Part shown: in pieces, positions 55,867 through 64,000 of the stretch
Numbering within the stretch: position 1 is the first letter of the stretch
How the letters are laid out: each line of letters begins with the position of its first letter
Assembly: GCA_043812955.1 (NCBI GenBank)
Contig: JBDRLN010000040.1
Coordinates: 685 to 64,684 of the forward strand
DNA length: 64,000 nt
Reading direction: 5' to 3'
Origin: Candidatus Omnitrophota bacterium
GTDB lineage: Bacteria > Omnitrophota > Gorgyraeia > Gygaellales > Profunditerraquicolaceae
Position numbers and translations under genes: made by a program
Notes under the pieces: model-generated
Database searches by the model: none
What the model was told of the DNA's origin: nothing
The model's input: only the letters and a program-made list of their open reading frames with translations

Positions 55867-55942
55867 GGGGACGGTTCTTTAGCGCAATCTTAAAGTGTCC
55901 CCTTTAAGGGGACACTTTAGCTTCAGCTTGAGAACCGTCCCC
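55867..55942. repeat. Composite GGGGACGGTTCT/GGGGACAC nested palindrome
   Basis: Reverse-orientation copy of 40642 element. Confidence 0.85.
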
Positions 55943-55976
55943 TGATTCAAATTAAAAAAGGAGGGTTATAAAAGCA

Positions 55977-58712
55977 ATGGCAAAGAAGTACGTGTTTTCG
56001 TTTGGCGGCGGCAAAGCAGATGGTAATGAGAGCATGAAGAACCTCTTGGGTGGCAAGGGCGCCAACCTGGCGGAGATGGCCGGTCATAAAGATTTAAAAC
56101 TTCCGGTTCCTCCGGGATTTACCCTTACTACAGAGGTCTGTACATCTTATTATCAGAATAAAAAGAAATACCCTAAAGACCTAAAACCAGAAGTAAATAA
56201 GGCTTTAGAAAAGGTTGAGAAATTAATGAACAGGAAATTCGGCGACGCCAATAACCCGCTTTTAGTTTCGGTGCGATCAGGCGCCAGGAAATCTATGCCC
56301 GGAATGATGGAGACGGTTTTAAACGTGGGTTTGAACGAAAAGACTATTCCGGGGTTGGTTAAGCAAAGCAATGGCAATGCCCGTTTTGTTTATGACGCCT
56401 ACCGCCGCCTGATTATGATGTATTCCGACGTAGTCATGGAAAAGGCCGCTGGCATCGAGCCTAAAGATGAAGAGGGTATCCGTAAACAGTTAGAAAAGAT
56501 TATGGCCCAGATGAAAAGAGAAAAAGGCTATAAGGCGGATACGGATTTAAATGTGGAAGATCTAAAGAAACTCTGTTCGTTGTTTAAGAATAAGATCAAG
56601 GAAATTTTGGGTAAGGAATTTCCGGATGAGCCGATGGAACAGCTCTGGGGAGGGATCGGAGCAGTTTTTTCTTCCTGGAACGGCAAGCGGGCGATCAGCT
56701 ACCGCAGGATCGAAGGAATTCCTGATGAATGGGGCACGGCAGTTAATGTGCAGACTATGGTTTTCGGAAATATGGGGGATGATTCAGCTACTGGAGTTGC
56801 TTTTTCGCGTAATCCCGGAACCGGCGAAAATTATTTTTATGGTGAGTATCTGATTAATGCCCAGGGTGAAGATGTGGTTGCTGGTATCCGCACTCCGGCT
56901 CCGATTAATGGAGTATCACAATCTGAACACAATAAAGGCTTGTTGACTTTGGAAAAAGGCATGCCGGTATTATATAAAGAATTAGTCGGCTATCGTAACC
57001 GTTTGGAAAAGCATTATCGGGATATGCAGGATATCGAGTTTACCATTGAAAAAGGTAGGCTTTTTATGCTGCAATGCCGGGTGGGCAAACGTAATGGCCC
57101 GGCTGCTGTGCGCATGGCCATGGATATGATCAAAGAAAAACTCATTAGAAAAGAAGAAGCGGTAATGCGGGTTACTCCGGCTCAGTTAGATGAGTTATTA
57201 CATCCGATAATCAATCCTAAAGTAGAAATGGTGTCTAAACCTTTAGGTAAAGGTTTGCCTGCCGGACCTGGAGGAGCTAACGGCCAGGTAGTATTTTCGG
57301 CTAATGACGCTGTGGAATGGGCAAAGCAGGGTAAGAAAGTAATTTTAGTCCGCGAAGAGACTAATCCTGAAGATGTGGAAGGGATGCGCTCGGCCCAGGC
57401 TATTCTTACTGCCCGGGGTGGGATGACTTCTCATGCCGCATTAGTTGCCCGCGGCTGGGGTAAATGCTGTATTGTCGGATGCCCTGACTTGCATATTGAT
57501 TATGCTAAAAAAGAAGCTGTTTTAGGAAATGAGTCGCTTAAAGAAGGCGATTGGATTACTTTAAACGGCACTAAGGGCAGTGTTTATTCCGGGAAATTAG
57601 AGATGATCGACGCTTCGCAGGAGAATACGATTCTCTACGAATTCTTAAAAATCTGCGGTTCGATTAAGCAATTAGGTATTCGCACTAACGCGGATACTCC
57701 GGAGGATGCCCATAAAGCCAGGCAATTCGGCGCCGAAGGCATCGGCCTTTTCCGGACCGAGCATATGTTTTACGGTAAAGGTTCGGATGAGCCATTATTC
57801 CTCTTGCGCAAAATGATTATTTCTAAAACTCTGGACGAGAGAAATAAAGCTTTAGATGAGTTATTTCCCTATGTAAAAAAAGATATTAAGGCTACTTTAG
57901 AGGCGATGGATGGATATCCTGTAGTTATCCGTTTACTTGATCCTCCTTTGCACGAGTTTGTTCCCCGGGAGCAGGCCAAATTAGAAGAACTTGCTAAAGA
58001 TTTAAATATTGATATGGCTGAGTTGGCCCGCAGGGCAGAAGGCCTGCATGAGTCTAACCCGATGATGGGGCATAGAGGAGTGCGTTTGGGGGTTACTTAT
58101 CCGGAAGTCTCTACTATGCAGATCAAGGCTATTTTGGAAAGCGCTGCTGAATTGATCAAGGAAGGTAAAAAACCCTATCCGGAAATAATGATTCCGGTAG
58201 TCTGCGATGTTAAGGAATTGGATGACCAGCTGGTAATAGCTAAAAAAGTTTACCAGGACGTATTATATAGGTATAACCTTAAGAAAATCAAATATATGTT
58301 TGGCACCATGATTGAGATTCCTAGGGCAGCGTTTATGGCCGGTGAAATTGCCCGGGTAGCCCAGTTTTTTTCATTTGGCACCAATGATCTTACCCAAATG
58401 GGTTTTGGATTCTCTCGGGATGATATCGGCGGCTTTCTACTTGAGTATATTAAGAAAGGCATCTTGCCGGAAGACCCCTTCCAAAGCATTGATCAGAAAG
58501 GTATCGGTGAATTGATTAAGATTGCCATTGAGCGGGGGCGTAAGACTAAAAAAGAATTAGAGGTAGGGATCTGCGGTGAACACGGCGGTGACCCGCGTTC
58601 AGTAGAATTCTGCCATAATGTAGGTATGGATTATGTAAGCTGTTCGCCGTTTAGGGTGCCTATTGCTAAATTAGCGGCAGCCCAGGCAGTTCTTAGGGGG
58701 AAGAAAAAATAG
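55977..58712 (+). CDS. ppdK: Pyruvate, phosphate dikinase
   Basis: LGGKGANLAEM, GGMTSHAA, GIGLFRTEHMF, SFGTNDLTQ, GICGEHGG. Confidence 0.97.
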   Translation: MAKKYVFSFGGGKADGNESMKNLLGGKGANLAEMAGHKDLKLPVPPGFTLTTEVCTSYYQNKKKYPKDLKPEVNKALEKVEKLMNRKFGDANNPLLVSVRSGARKSMPGMMETVLNVGLNEKTIPGLVKQSNGNARFVYDAYRRLIMMYSDVVMEKAAGIEPKDEEGIRKQLEKIMAQMKREKGYKADTDLNVEDLKKLCSLFKNKIKEILGKEFPDEPMEQLWGGIGAVFSSWNGKRAISYRRIEGIPDEWGTAVNVQTMVFGNMGDDSATGVAFSRNPGTGENYFYGEYLINAQGEDVVAGIRTPAPINGVSQSEHNKGLLTLEKGMPVLYKELVGYRNRLEKHYRDMQDIEFTIEKGRLFMLQCRVGKRNGPAAVRMAMDMIKEKLIRKEEAVMRVTPAQLDELLHPIINPKVEMVSKPLGKGLPAGPGGANGQVVFSANDAVEWAKQGKKVILVREETNPEDVEGMRSAQAILTARGGMTSHAALVARGWGKCCIVGCPDLHIDYAKKEAVLGNESLKEGDWITLNGTKGSVYSGKLEMIDASQENTILYEFLKICGSIKQLGIRTNADTPEDAHKARQFGAEGIGLFRTEHMFYGKGSDEPLFLLRKMIISKTLDERNKALDELFPYVKKDIKATLEAMDGYPVVIRLLDPPLHEFVPREQAKLEELAKDLNIDMAELARRAEGLHESNPMMGHRGVRLGVTYPEVSTMQIKAILESAAELIKEGKKPYPEIMIPVVCDVKELDDQLVIAKKVYQDVLYRYNLKKIKYMFGTMIEIPRAAFMAGEIARVAQFFSFGTNDLTQMGFGFSRDDIGGFLLEYIKKGILPEDPFQSIDQKGIGELIKIAIERGRKTKKELEVGICGEHGGDPRSVEFCHNVGMDYVSCSPFRVPIAKLAAAQAVLRGKKK

Positions 58713-58714
58713 TA

Positions 58715-58805
58715 GGTATAGATATAGGTAAAGGTATAGGTATAGGTACAGAAGAGCACGATTTAATTTTTATGTTTTTCTCTACCCCTACCTTTTCCTC
58801 TACCT
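58715..58805. repeat. Inverted GGTATA/TACC hexamer tracts
   Basis: Six GGTA(T/A/C)A-like units, spacer, then TCTACC CCTACC TTTTCC TCTACC. Confidence 0.75.
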
Positions 58806-58827
58806 AGATCAATTTAGAGGGAAAAAC

Positions 58828-59640
58828 ATGGAAGCATTAAAGACTTACCTTAAAGAGGTTCGGCTTATCCCGCTTCTGACTCCGGCCCAGGAGATTGAAT
58901 TAAGCATAAAGATAAAAAAAGGCGATGAGCACGCCCGTAAGGCGATGATCCGGGCAAATCTGCGCTTAGTTATAAATATAGCCAAAAGGTATTATCATTT
59001 AGGCATACCTCTTCTGGACTTAATCGAAGAAGGTAATTTAGGCTTAATGAAAGCGGTGGATAAATTTAATCACCTTCGGGGATTTCGTTTTTCAACTTAT
59101 GCAGCCTGGTGGATCAGGCAGGGTATTATCCGGGCTATCAGCCAGCAGGGGAAGATGGTTCGCCTACCGGTTTATATGAACGAACGCATGACTAAATGGA
59201 AGAAGATCAGCGAGGTAATGTCCCAGAAGTTAAAACGCCTACCTTCCGATCAGGAGATTGCCAAAAAGATGAATTTATCAGTTGGCCATATGGATGAGGT
59301 AAAATTCTGGCTAACCTCTAAAACCTCGTCTTTGGAAGCTCCTATTGGCGATGAAGATGAGAGCCAGGTTTCCGACCTTCTGGAAGATGAAAAAGCTGTT
59401 GCCCCTGATGCTGGGGTTCTGCGCGTGTTGGATAAAGAGAGGATCGCTGGCCTCCTGGGGTTGATGACCCCAAGAGAAAAAGAGATTCTGGATATGCGTT
59501 TTGGTTTGGTTAAGGGCAGGTCATATACCTTACGGGAAGTTGCTAAAAAAATGGGAGTTTCCCGGGAGAGGATCCGCCAGATCGAAGAAGAGGCCTTAAG
59601 AAAGCTGCGCAGTTTTGTCAAAAAAGAGGAGAGCAAATGA
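58828..59640 (+). CDS. Sigma-70 family factor, RpoD/RpoS-like without region 1.1
   Basis: ANLRLV, DLIEEGNLGL, FSTYAAWWIRQ, TLREVA..SRERIRQIE. Confidence 0.92.
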   Translation: MEALKTYLKEVRLIPLLTPAQEIELSIKIKKGDEHARKAMIRANLRLVINIAKRYYHLGIPLLDLIEEGNLGLMKAVDKFNHLRGFRFSTYAAWWIRQGIIRAISQQGKMVRLPVYMNERMTKWKKISEVMSQKLKRLPSDQEIAKKMNLSVGHMDEVKFWLTSKTSSLEAPIGDEDESQVSDLLEDEKAVAPDAGVLRVLDKERIAGLLGLMTPREKEILDMRFGLVKGRSYTLREVAKKMGVSRERIRQIEEEALRKLRSFVKKEESK

Positions 59641-59642
59641 AT

Positions 59643-59716
59643 CTCGTACCTTCTGAAGAATTCAATCAATATAAGACAAAAGGTGTTGGGTTGATAAATG
59701 AGAAAGAAGGTGCGGG
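59643..59716. repeat. CCCGCACCTTC...GAAGGTGCGGG element abutting apt start
   Basis: Homologous to 17907 copy. Confidence 0.8.
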
Positions 59717-60247
59717 ATGAAAAAGGTAAATTTAGCTGATAGTATCAGGAGTATTCCCGGTTTTCCGAAAGAAGGGATAATCTTTCGCGACATCACTACT
59801 CTTATTAAGGATAAATCTGCGTTCAAACAATCTATAGACCTACTAGTAAAAAAGTATAAGAACAAAGGGATAGATGCTGTTGTGGGAGTTGAATCCCGGG
59901 GGTTTATTTTTGGCAGCGTTATCGCCTATAAAATTGGTGCGGGTTTTGTACTGGTGCGCAAAAAAGGAAAGCTTCCCGCCAAAACTATATCTGCTACTTA
60001 TCAGTTGGAATACGGCAGTGATACTTTGGAAATTCCTCAGGACGCGATTAAACCTGGTTCTAAAGTTTTAATTGTCGATGATTTATTAGCTACCGGCGGA
60101 ACAGTCAAAGCTGTAACTGGATTAGTTAATCAGCTGGGAGGAAAGATCGCGGGCATTGCTTTTGTGATTGAGCTGGTAGATTTAAAAGGTAAAGAAAAGC
60201 TTAAAGGTTACCCGATTTATTCTTTGATAAAATTTAAGGGCCACTAA
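59717..60247 (+). CDS. apt: Adenine phosphoribosyltransferase
   Basis: FPKEGIIFRDIT, ESRGF, RKKGKLP, VDDLLATGGT. Confidence 0.96.
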   Translation: MKKVNLADSIRSIPGFPKEGIIFRDITTLIKDKSAFKQSIDLLVKKYKNKGIDAVVGVESRGFIFGSVIAYKIGAGFVLVRKKGKLPAKTISATYQLEYGSDTLEIPQDAIKPGSKVLIVDDLLATGGTVKAVTGLVNQLGGKIAGIAFVIELVDLKGKEKLKGYPIYSLIKFKGH

Positions 60248-60252
60248 CCTTA

Positions 60253-60311
60253 TGTCAACCCCAGAGGTTGACATAAATACTGTTTACCGTTGTCAACCTC
60301 TGGGGTTGACA
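60253..60311. repeat. TGTCAACCCCAGAGGTTGACA inverted doublet
   Basis: Two 21-nt imperfect palindromes in opposite orientation, 17-nt spacer. Confidence 0.85.
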
Positions 60312-60329
60312 AAGAGGGTTATAATATTT

Positions 60330-60403
60330 GCGCCTGTAGCTCATAAGGATAGAGCAGCAGTTTCCTAAACTGCGTGCGGCAGGTTCGATTCCTGCCAGGC
60401 GCA
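60330..60403 (+). tRNA. tRNA-Arg(CCT), CCA not encoded
   Basis: GCGCCTG/CAGGCGC stem, GCAGT-TTCCTAA-ACTGC, GGTTCGATTCC. Confidence 0.93.
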
Positions 60404-60435
60404 TAAAATTAGAGATAAGGGATAAGAGTTAAGGG

Positions 60436-61098
60436 ATGGATTATATGTATAATTTGCACTGCCACTCATTATTAAGCGACGGAGACCTGCTTCCTTCGGA
60501 AGTAGCGGTCCGTTATATGGCCAAGGGGTATAAGGCGATCGCTATTACTGACCATAGCGATTACGGTAATATTGGGTCTAATATTCAATCGATAGTGGAA
60601 TTTTGCAAACACTGGCCGAAAAATTACGCTATTCGGGTTTTCCCGGGAGTGGAATTAACCCATATTCCCTTGGAACAGTTTGAACCATTAGCTAAATTAG
60701 CCAGGGCTAAAGGCGCAAAGATTATTGTGGCTCACGGCGAGACTTTGGTTGAGCCGATGATCAAAGGGACAAACCGGGCTGCCTTAGAAGCTGATATAGA
60801 TATATTAGCCCATCCGGGAAAAATTACGGATCAGGATGTAAAATTCGCCCGGGATAAAGGTATATTTTTAGAAGTCACTACCCGTAAAGGCCATTCGTTG
60901 TCTAATGCCTATGTGATTAAAAAAGCTATTAAATTCAGAGCGCGTTTAATCATTAACACTGACAGTCATTCGACCGAAGATATTATCAGTCCCAGTAAAG
61001 TTATCGCTCTGGCCAGAAAATCGGGCTTAAGCCTTAAGCAGATAGATAATATTTATAAAGACGTCGCGAGATTTTTAGCCGAAAGGGGGAAGGGATGA
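60436..61098 (+). CDS. PHP-domain (histidinol-phosphatase-like) protein
   Basis: LHCHS..SDG, ITDH, GVELTH, LAHPG, TDSH. Confidence 0.88.
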   Translation: MDYMYNLHCHSLLSDGDLLPSEVAVRYMAKGYKAIAITDHSDYGNIGSNIQSIVEFCKHWPKNYAIRVFPGVELTHIPLEQFEPLAKLARAKGAKIIVAHGETLVEPMIKGTNRAALEADIDILAHPGKITDQDVKFARDKGIFLEVTTRKGHSLSNAYVIKKAIKFRARLIINTDSHSTEDIISPSKVIALARKSGLSLKQIDNIYKDVARFLAERGKG

Positions 61099-61577
61099 GG
61101 AGCATTTTAATTATTTTATTAGTGGGAATTTGTATTACCGGTTTTTTAGGCTGCGCCACTACTACTGATGATAAGCCAGGTATATCAAAAAATGAAGCTA
61201 TGCTGGAGCCATCGGCTCTTCTAAAATTTAATGATATTCCTATACCTACTGGATTTAAAAATTTGCCTCTCGATTCTTATTCTTTTGAAAGCGCGGGGGT
61301 AAGGGTTGGTTTATTAAAATATCAGGGTAAGGCTGATCCTGCCCAGGTGGTAAATTTCTATAAAGAACAGATGACAATGTATAACTGGAATTTGTTGAAT
61401 GCTGTTGAATACGGCGAAAAGATTTTGAATTTTGACCGGGAGAGCGAAAGCTGTATTATTACTATATCCGGCAAAGGTAATAATGTTGGTATTACTATTT
61501 GCTTAGGGCCAAAATCTCAACCGTTATCAACTAAAAGATCTTCCCGCGAAATCAGGGACAGAGACTTAGTTAAATAA
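61095..61577 (+). CDS. Hypothetical lipoprotein
   Basis: FLGC lipobox, F.DIPIP.GF, V.NFYKEQM..YNW. Confidence 0.7.
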   Translation: MRSILIILLVGICITGFLGCATTTDDKPGISKNEAMLEPSALLKFNDIPIPTGFKNLPLDSYSFESAGVRVGLLKYQGKADPAQVVNFYKEQMTMYNWNLLNAVEYGEKILNFDRESESCIITISGKGNNVGITICLGPKSQPLSTKRSSREIRDRDLVK

Positions 61578-61579
61578 TG

Positions 61580-61650
61580 AAAAGTGCAAAGTGCCCTGAT
61601 GTAACTAGTATATACTTTATAGATTTAGGACTAAGGGACCTGACCCCTAG
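61580..61650 (-). repeat. Solo inverted copy of the 48054 element left end
   Basis: AAAAGTGCAAAGTG-N39-AAGGGACCTGACCCCTAG. Confidence 0.7.
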
Positions 61651-61692
61651 GGTATGGGGAAATTTTACTATTGGCTAATTTTAAAAAAATAC

Positions 61693-61721
61693 TTGACAAA
61701 TATGCAAGTATATGATAAAAA
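61693..61721 (+). promoter_or_regulatory. Promoter of porin gene
   Basis: TTGACA-N17-TAAAAA with TG extension. Confidence 0.5.
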
Positions 61722-61744
61722 AGAGAAAATACAGTGAAGTTATA

Positions 61745-61863
61745 TACCGCAGGAGCTGATTAACTTAAGGCTAAGGAGGAGGTGAACAGGCTTAAGCGGC
61801 GCAAATCAGCTGAAGACGGTAAAAAGTAAATGTGAAAATCACCTGGAGGCTTAAAAGCCCCAG
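61745..61863 (+). promoter_or_regulatory. Structured 5' leader with SD-like apical loop
   Basis: Nested stems TACCG/CGGTA, AGCTGATT/AATCAGCT, CTTAAG/CTTAAG; loop AAGGAGGAGGTGAAC. Confidence 0.55.
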
Positions 61864-61915
61864 ATACAATAGAAACGGTATATTTCTAATAAAATAAACA
61901 AAGGAGGAAAAAGAA

Positions 61916-63292
61916 ATGAGTAAACGTTTAATCTTAGTGTTAACGTTGGCTTTTGTGGTGGGCATCACAGTTGGTGCTTACGCCGAAGTTCAGAATGTTA
62001 AGGTAGGTGGCGAACTTTTGTTTCAGGCATTGCACCAGAGAAATTTTGGTTTAAGAAGTAGTGGTGATAGTGCTACCCGTGGCGATAAGGAAAATGATAT
62101 AAGCAATCGTTTGTTATCGCACGCGCAGATTAAAGTAAGTGCGGATTTAACTGATAACGTTAGCGTAGTAGTAAACTTATTAAATGAAAGAGCCTGGGGT
62201 TTAGAAAGAATTGCGAGCGACACTAACGGTGATGTTAGCAGCACTTCCGTTGATTTGGATTTAGCTTATGTTACCTTAAAGGAGTTTTTATATTCGCCTT
62301 TAACTTTAAGGATCGGACGTCAGGCAGTCAAGTTTGGTAATGGTTTGGTTATTGGTTCTGGTACATCCGCAACCAATTTAGCTAGTGGTGACACAGCTAG
62401 AGCCACCAACTATGCTAACGGCGTTCCTAGGGATCAGCGCTTAAGAAAAGCCTGGGATGCCATTAGGGCAACCTTAGACTATAATCCTTTGACAGTTGAT
62501 TTATTGTATGGCAAAATGGATGATGGTCCTAATTCTGACCGTGCAGACAACATCGATGTATATGCTGTTAATGCTGCTTATAAATTCAGCAAAAAAACCT
62601 CGGTTGAGGGTTATTTAGCCGCTAAAATTGATGGCAAAACCGCTGAGGCTGGTACTGTCCAAGGAAAAGCAAGCAAGGTCTATACCATTGGTATATTAGG
62701 TAGGACTGAGCCGATCAAAAACCTAAAGACATCATTAGAATTTGCTGGCCAGGTTGGAGAGCGTACGGTTACCAGTACTGATCCTGCTACAACTCGCCGG
62801 GCCTATGCAATTCAGGCTATGGCAGATTATGCGTTTAAGGGTAAAAAGTTCGACCCGATACTGGGAGCAACTTTTACACATTTATCGGGAGATAATCAAC
62901 GCAACGATAAAACTTATCGCAACTGGGATCCAATGCAAGAAGGACAGGCGCCCAACATAGTTACTAACTATTTTACCATGACTAGCACCCAGGTAATGAA
63001 TCTTAGGGGCAGCATGAAACCCGTGGAAGATATTACTTTGAGCGCTAACTATGGATATTATCATTTTACCCAGAAATTAAATGAAACTAGTTTGACTAAC
63101 AATTATAGTGCTGGAACCTTGAGTATGACCGAGAGCAAAGACGGTGGCAGCGCGCTGGATCTGTACGCTAAATACAACTACACCGAAGATGTGTTGATTG
63201 GTTTGGATATCGGCACATTCTTCCCTGGCAAAGCATTTGTAGATGCCAGAAGCGCAGTTTCAGTAATGCCATATCTAAAAGTAACCTTCTAA
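61916..63292 (+). CDS. Outer-membrane beta-barrel, alginate-export family-like
   Basis: Signal peptide, DLAYVTL..LTLRIGRQ..FGNG, WDAIR, C-terminal YLKVTF. Confidence 0.75.
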   Translation: MSKRLILVLTLAFVVGITVGAYAEVQNVKVGGELLFQALHQRNFGLRSSGDSATRGDKENDISNRLLSHAQIKVSADLTDNVSVVVNLLNERAWGLERIASDTNGDVSSTSVDLDLAYVTLKEFLYSPLTLRIGRQAVKFGNGLVIGSGTSATNLASGDTARATNYANGVPRDQRLRKAWDAIRATLDYNPLTVDLLYGKMDDGPNSDRADNIDVYAVNAAYKFSKKTSVEGYLAAKIDGKTAEAGTVQGKASKVYTIGILGRTEPIKNLKTSLEFAGQVGERTVTSTDPATTRRAYAIQAMADYAFKGKKFDPILGATFTHLSGDNQRNDKTYRNWDPMQEGQAPNIVTNYFTMTSTQVMNLRGSMKPVEDITLSANYGYYHFTQKLNETSLTNNYSAGTLSMTESKDGGSALDLYAKYNYTEDVLIGLDIGTFFPGKAFVDARSAVSVMPYLKVTF

Positions 63293-63310
63293 TAAAGATT
63301 CAATGTAAGC

Positions 63311-63347
63311 AAAAACCCCTGGGGGAGTAATTCCCCAGGGGTTTTTT
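63311..63347 (+). terminator. Intrinsic terminator
   Basis: AAAAACCCCTGGGG-loop-CCCCAGGGGTTTTTT. Confidence 0.85.
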
Positions 63348-63364
63348 GTTGCCGAAAGCAACCT

Positions 63365-64000
63365 ATGCTAAACCTCGCCTTTATCTTCCACATGCACCAG
63401 CCGTATTACAAAAATCTCCTGACTAAGGTTAGCGAGGTGCCTTGGGTGCGTTTGCACGGCTCCAAGGATTATTTAGATATGGTCTTGATCTTAAAAAATT
63501 ACCCCAAGATCCACCAGACCTTTAATCTGGTTCCTTGTTTAATCGAACAAACCGAAGATTATCTTAGCGGGAATATTAAGGATAAATTCCTGGAGCTGAC
63601 CCGCAAACCGGTTGCGGAATTAACTACTGAAGAAAAGAGCTTTATTATAAACAATTTTTTTAGCATTAATCCGGATAAAGTTATATCGGTTCACCCCCGT
63701 TATTATGAGCTTTATCTAAAAAAACAAACCGGTAAAGTTTTTAGCCCGCAGGATTTTTTAGATCTGCAGGTCTGGTTTAATTTATCCTGGATCGACCCCT
63801 TTTTTCGCAGCACAATAGCAGAATTAAAAAGAATAGAAGGCAAGGGGAGATTTTTTACGGAAGTTGAGAAGGGTATTGTTTTAGACAAACAGCTGGAGAT
63901 ATTAAAGGATATTATACCTACTTACCAGGAATTCATTAAAAATCAGCAGATTGAAGTAACTATGAGCCCTTATTATCATCCCATCCTGCCGTTGTTGGCT
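63365..64000 (+). CDS. Glycoside hydrolase family 57, partial
   Basis: MLNLAFIFHMHQPYY, PWVRLH..KDY, DLQVWFNLSW, SPYYHPILPLL. Confidence 0.9.
   Translation, partial: MLNLAFIFHMHQPYYKNLLTKVSEVPWVRLHGSKDYLDMVLILKNYPKIHQTFNLVPCLIEQTEDYLSGNIKDKFLELTRKPVAELTTEEKSFIINNFFSINPDKVISVHPRYYELYLKKQTGKVFSPQDFLDLQVWFNLSWIDPFFRSTIAELKRIEGKGRFFTEVEKGIVLDKQLEILKDIIPTYQEFIKNQQIEVTMSPYYHPILPLLA

Noticed and set aside
60306-60325. Repeat-supplied -35 box for tRNA-Arg
   Set aside because: TTGACA and TATAAT are only 8 nt apart

Overview
Gene-dense bacterial chromosomal segment; every gene except 9144..10106 is on the + strand. It is mostly housekeeping: csp x2, AmmeMemoRadiSam, rsmE-mtaB, rpsU, aroQ-pepP-efp-accBC, pfk, gmhA, thiE/thiC, aroB, guaB3-guaA, dnaE, hisS-aspS, phoH-ybeY-recO, panE/panB, glyQS, ppdK, a sigma factor, apt, a porin and GH57, plus tRNA-Gly(CCC) and tRNA-Arg(CCT). 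The PVC-signature small basic protein (31817) points to the PVC superphylum, probably Candidatus Omnitrophota (inference). The only mobile-element enzyme is a Y1/HUH (RAYT-like) transposase between perfect 18-bp inverted repeats. It sits at the start of a ~5.8-kb accessory block between mtaB and rpsU (duplicated mtaB 3' end, orphan binding protein, two secreted Cache-like paralogs, MCP). The most unusual signal is non-coding. At least eight families of small palindromic or tandem elements occupy spacers, nest inside each other and enter coding regions in frame. They include a 58-63 bp twin-hairpin element with conserved arms and variable, similar-length loops. This element is inserted without target duplication into two tandem 5'-half copies of tRNA-Gly. 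All calls are by eye from the sequence and the ORF track; no searches were run.
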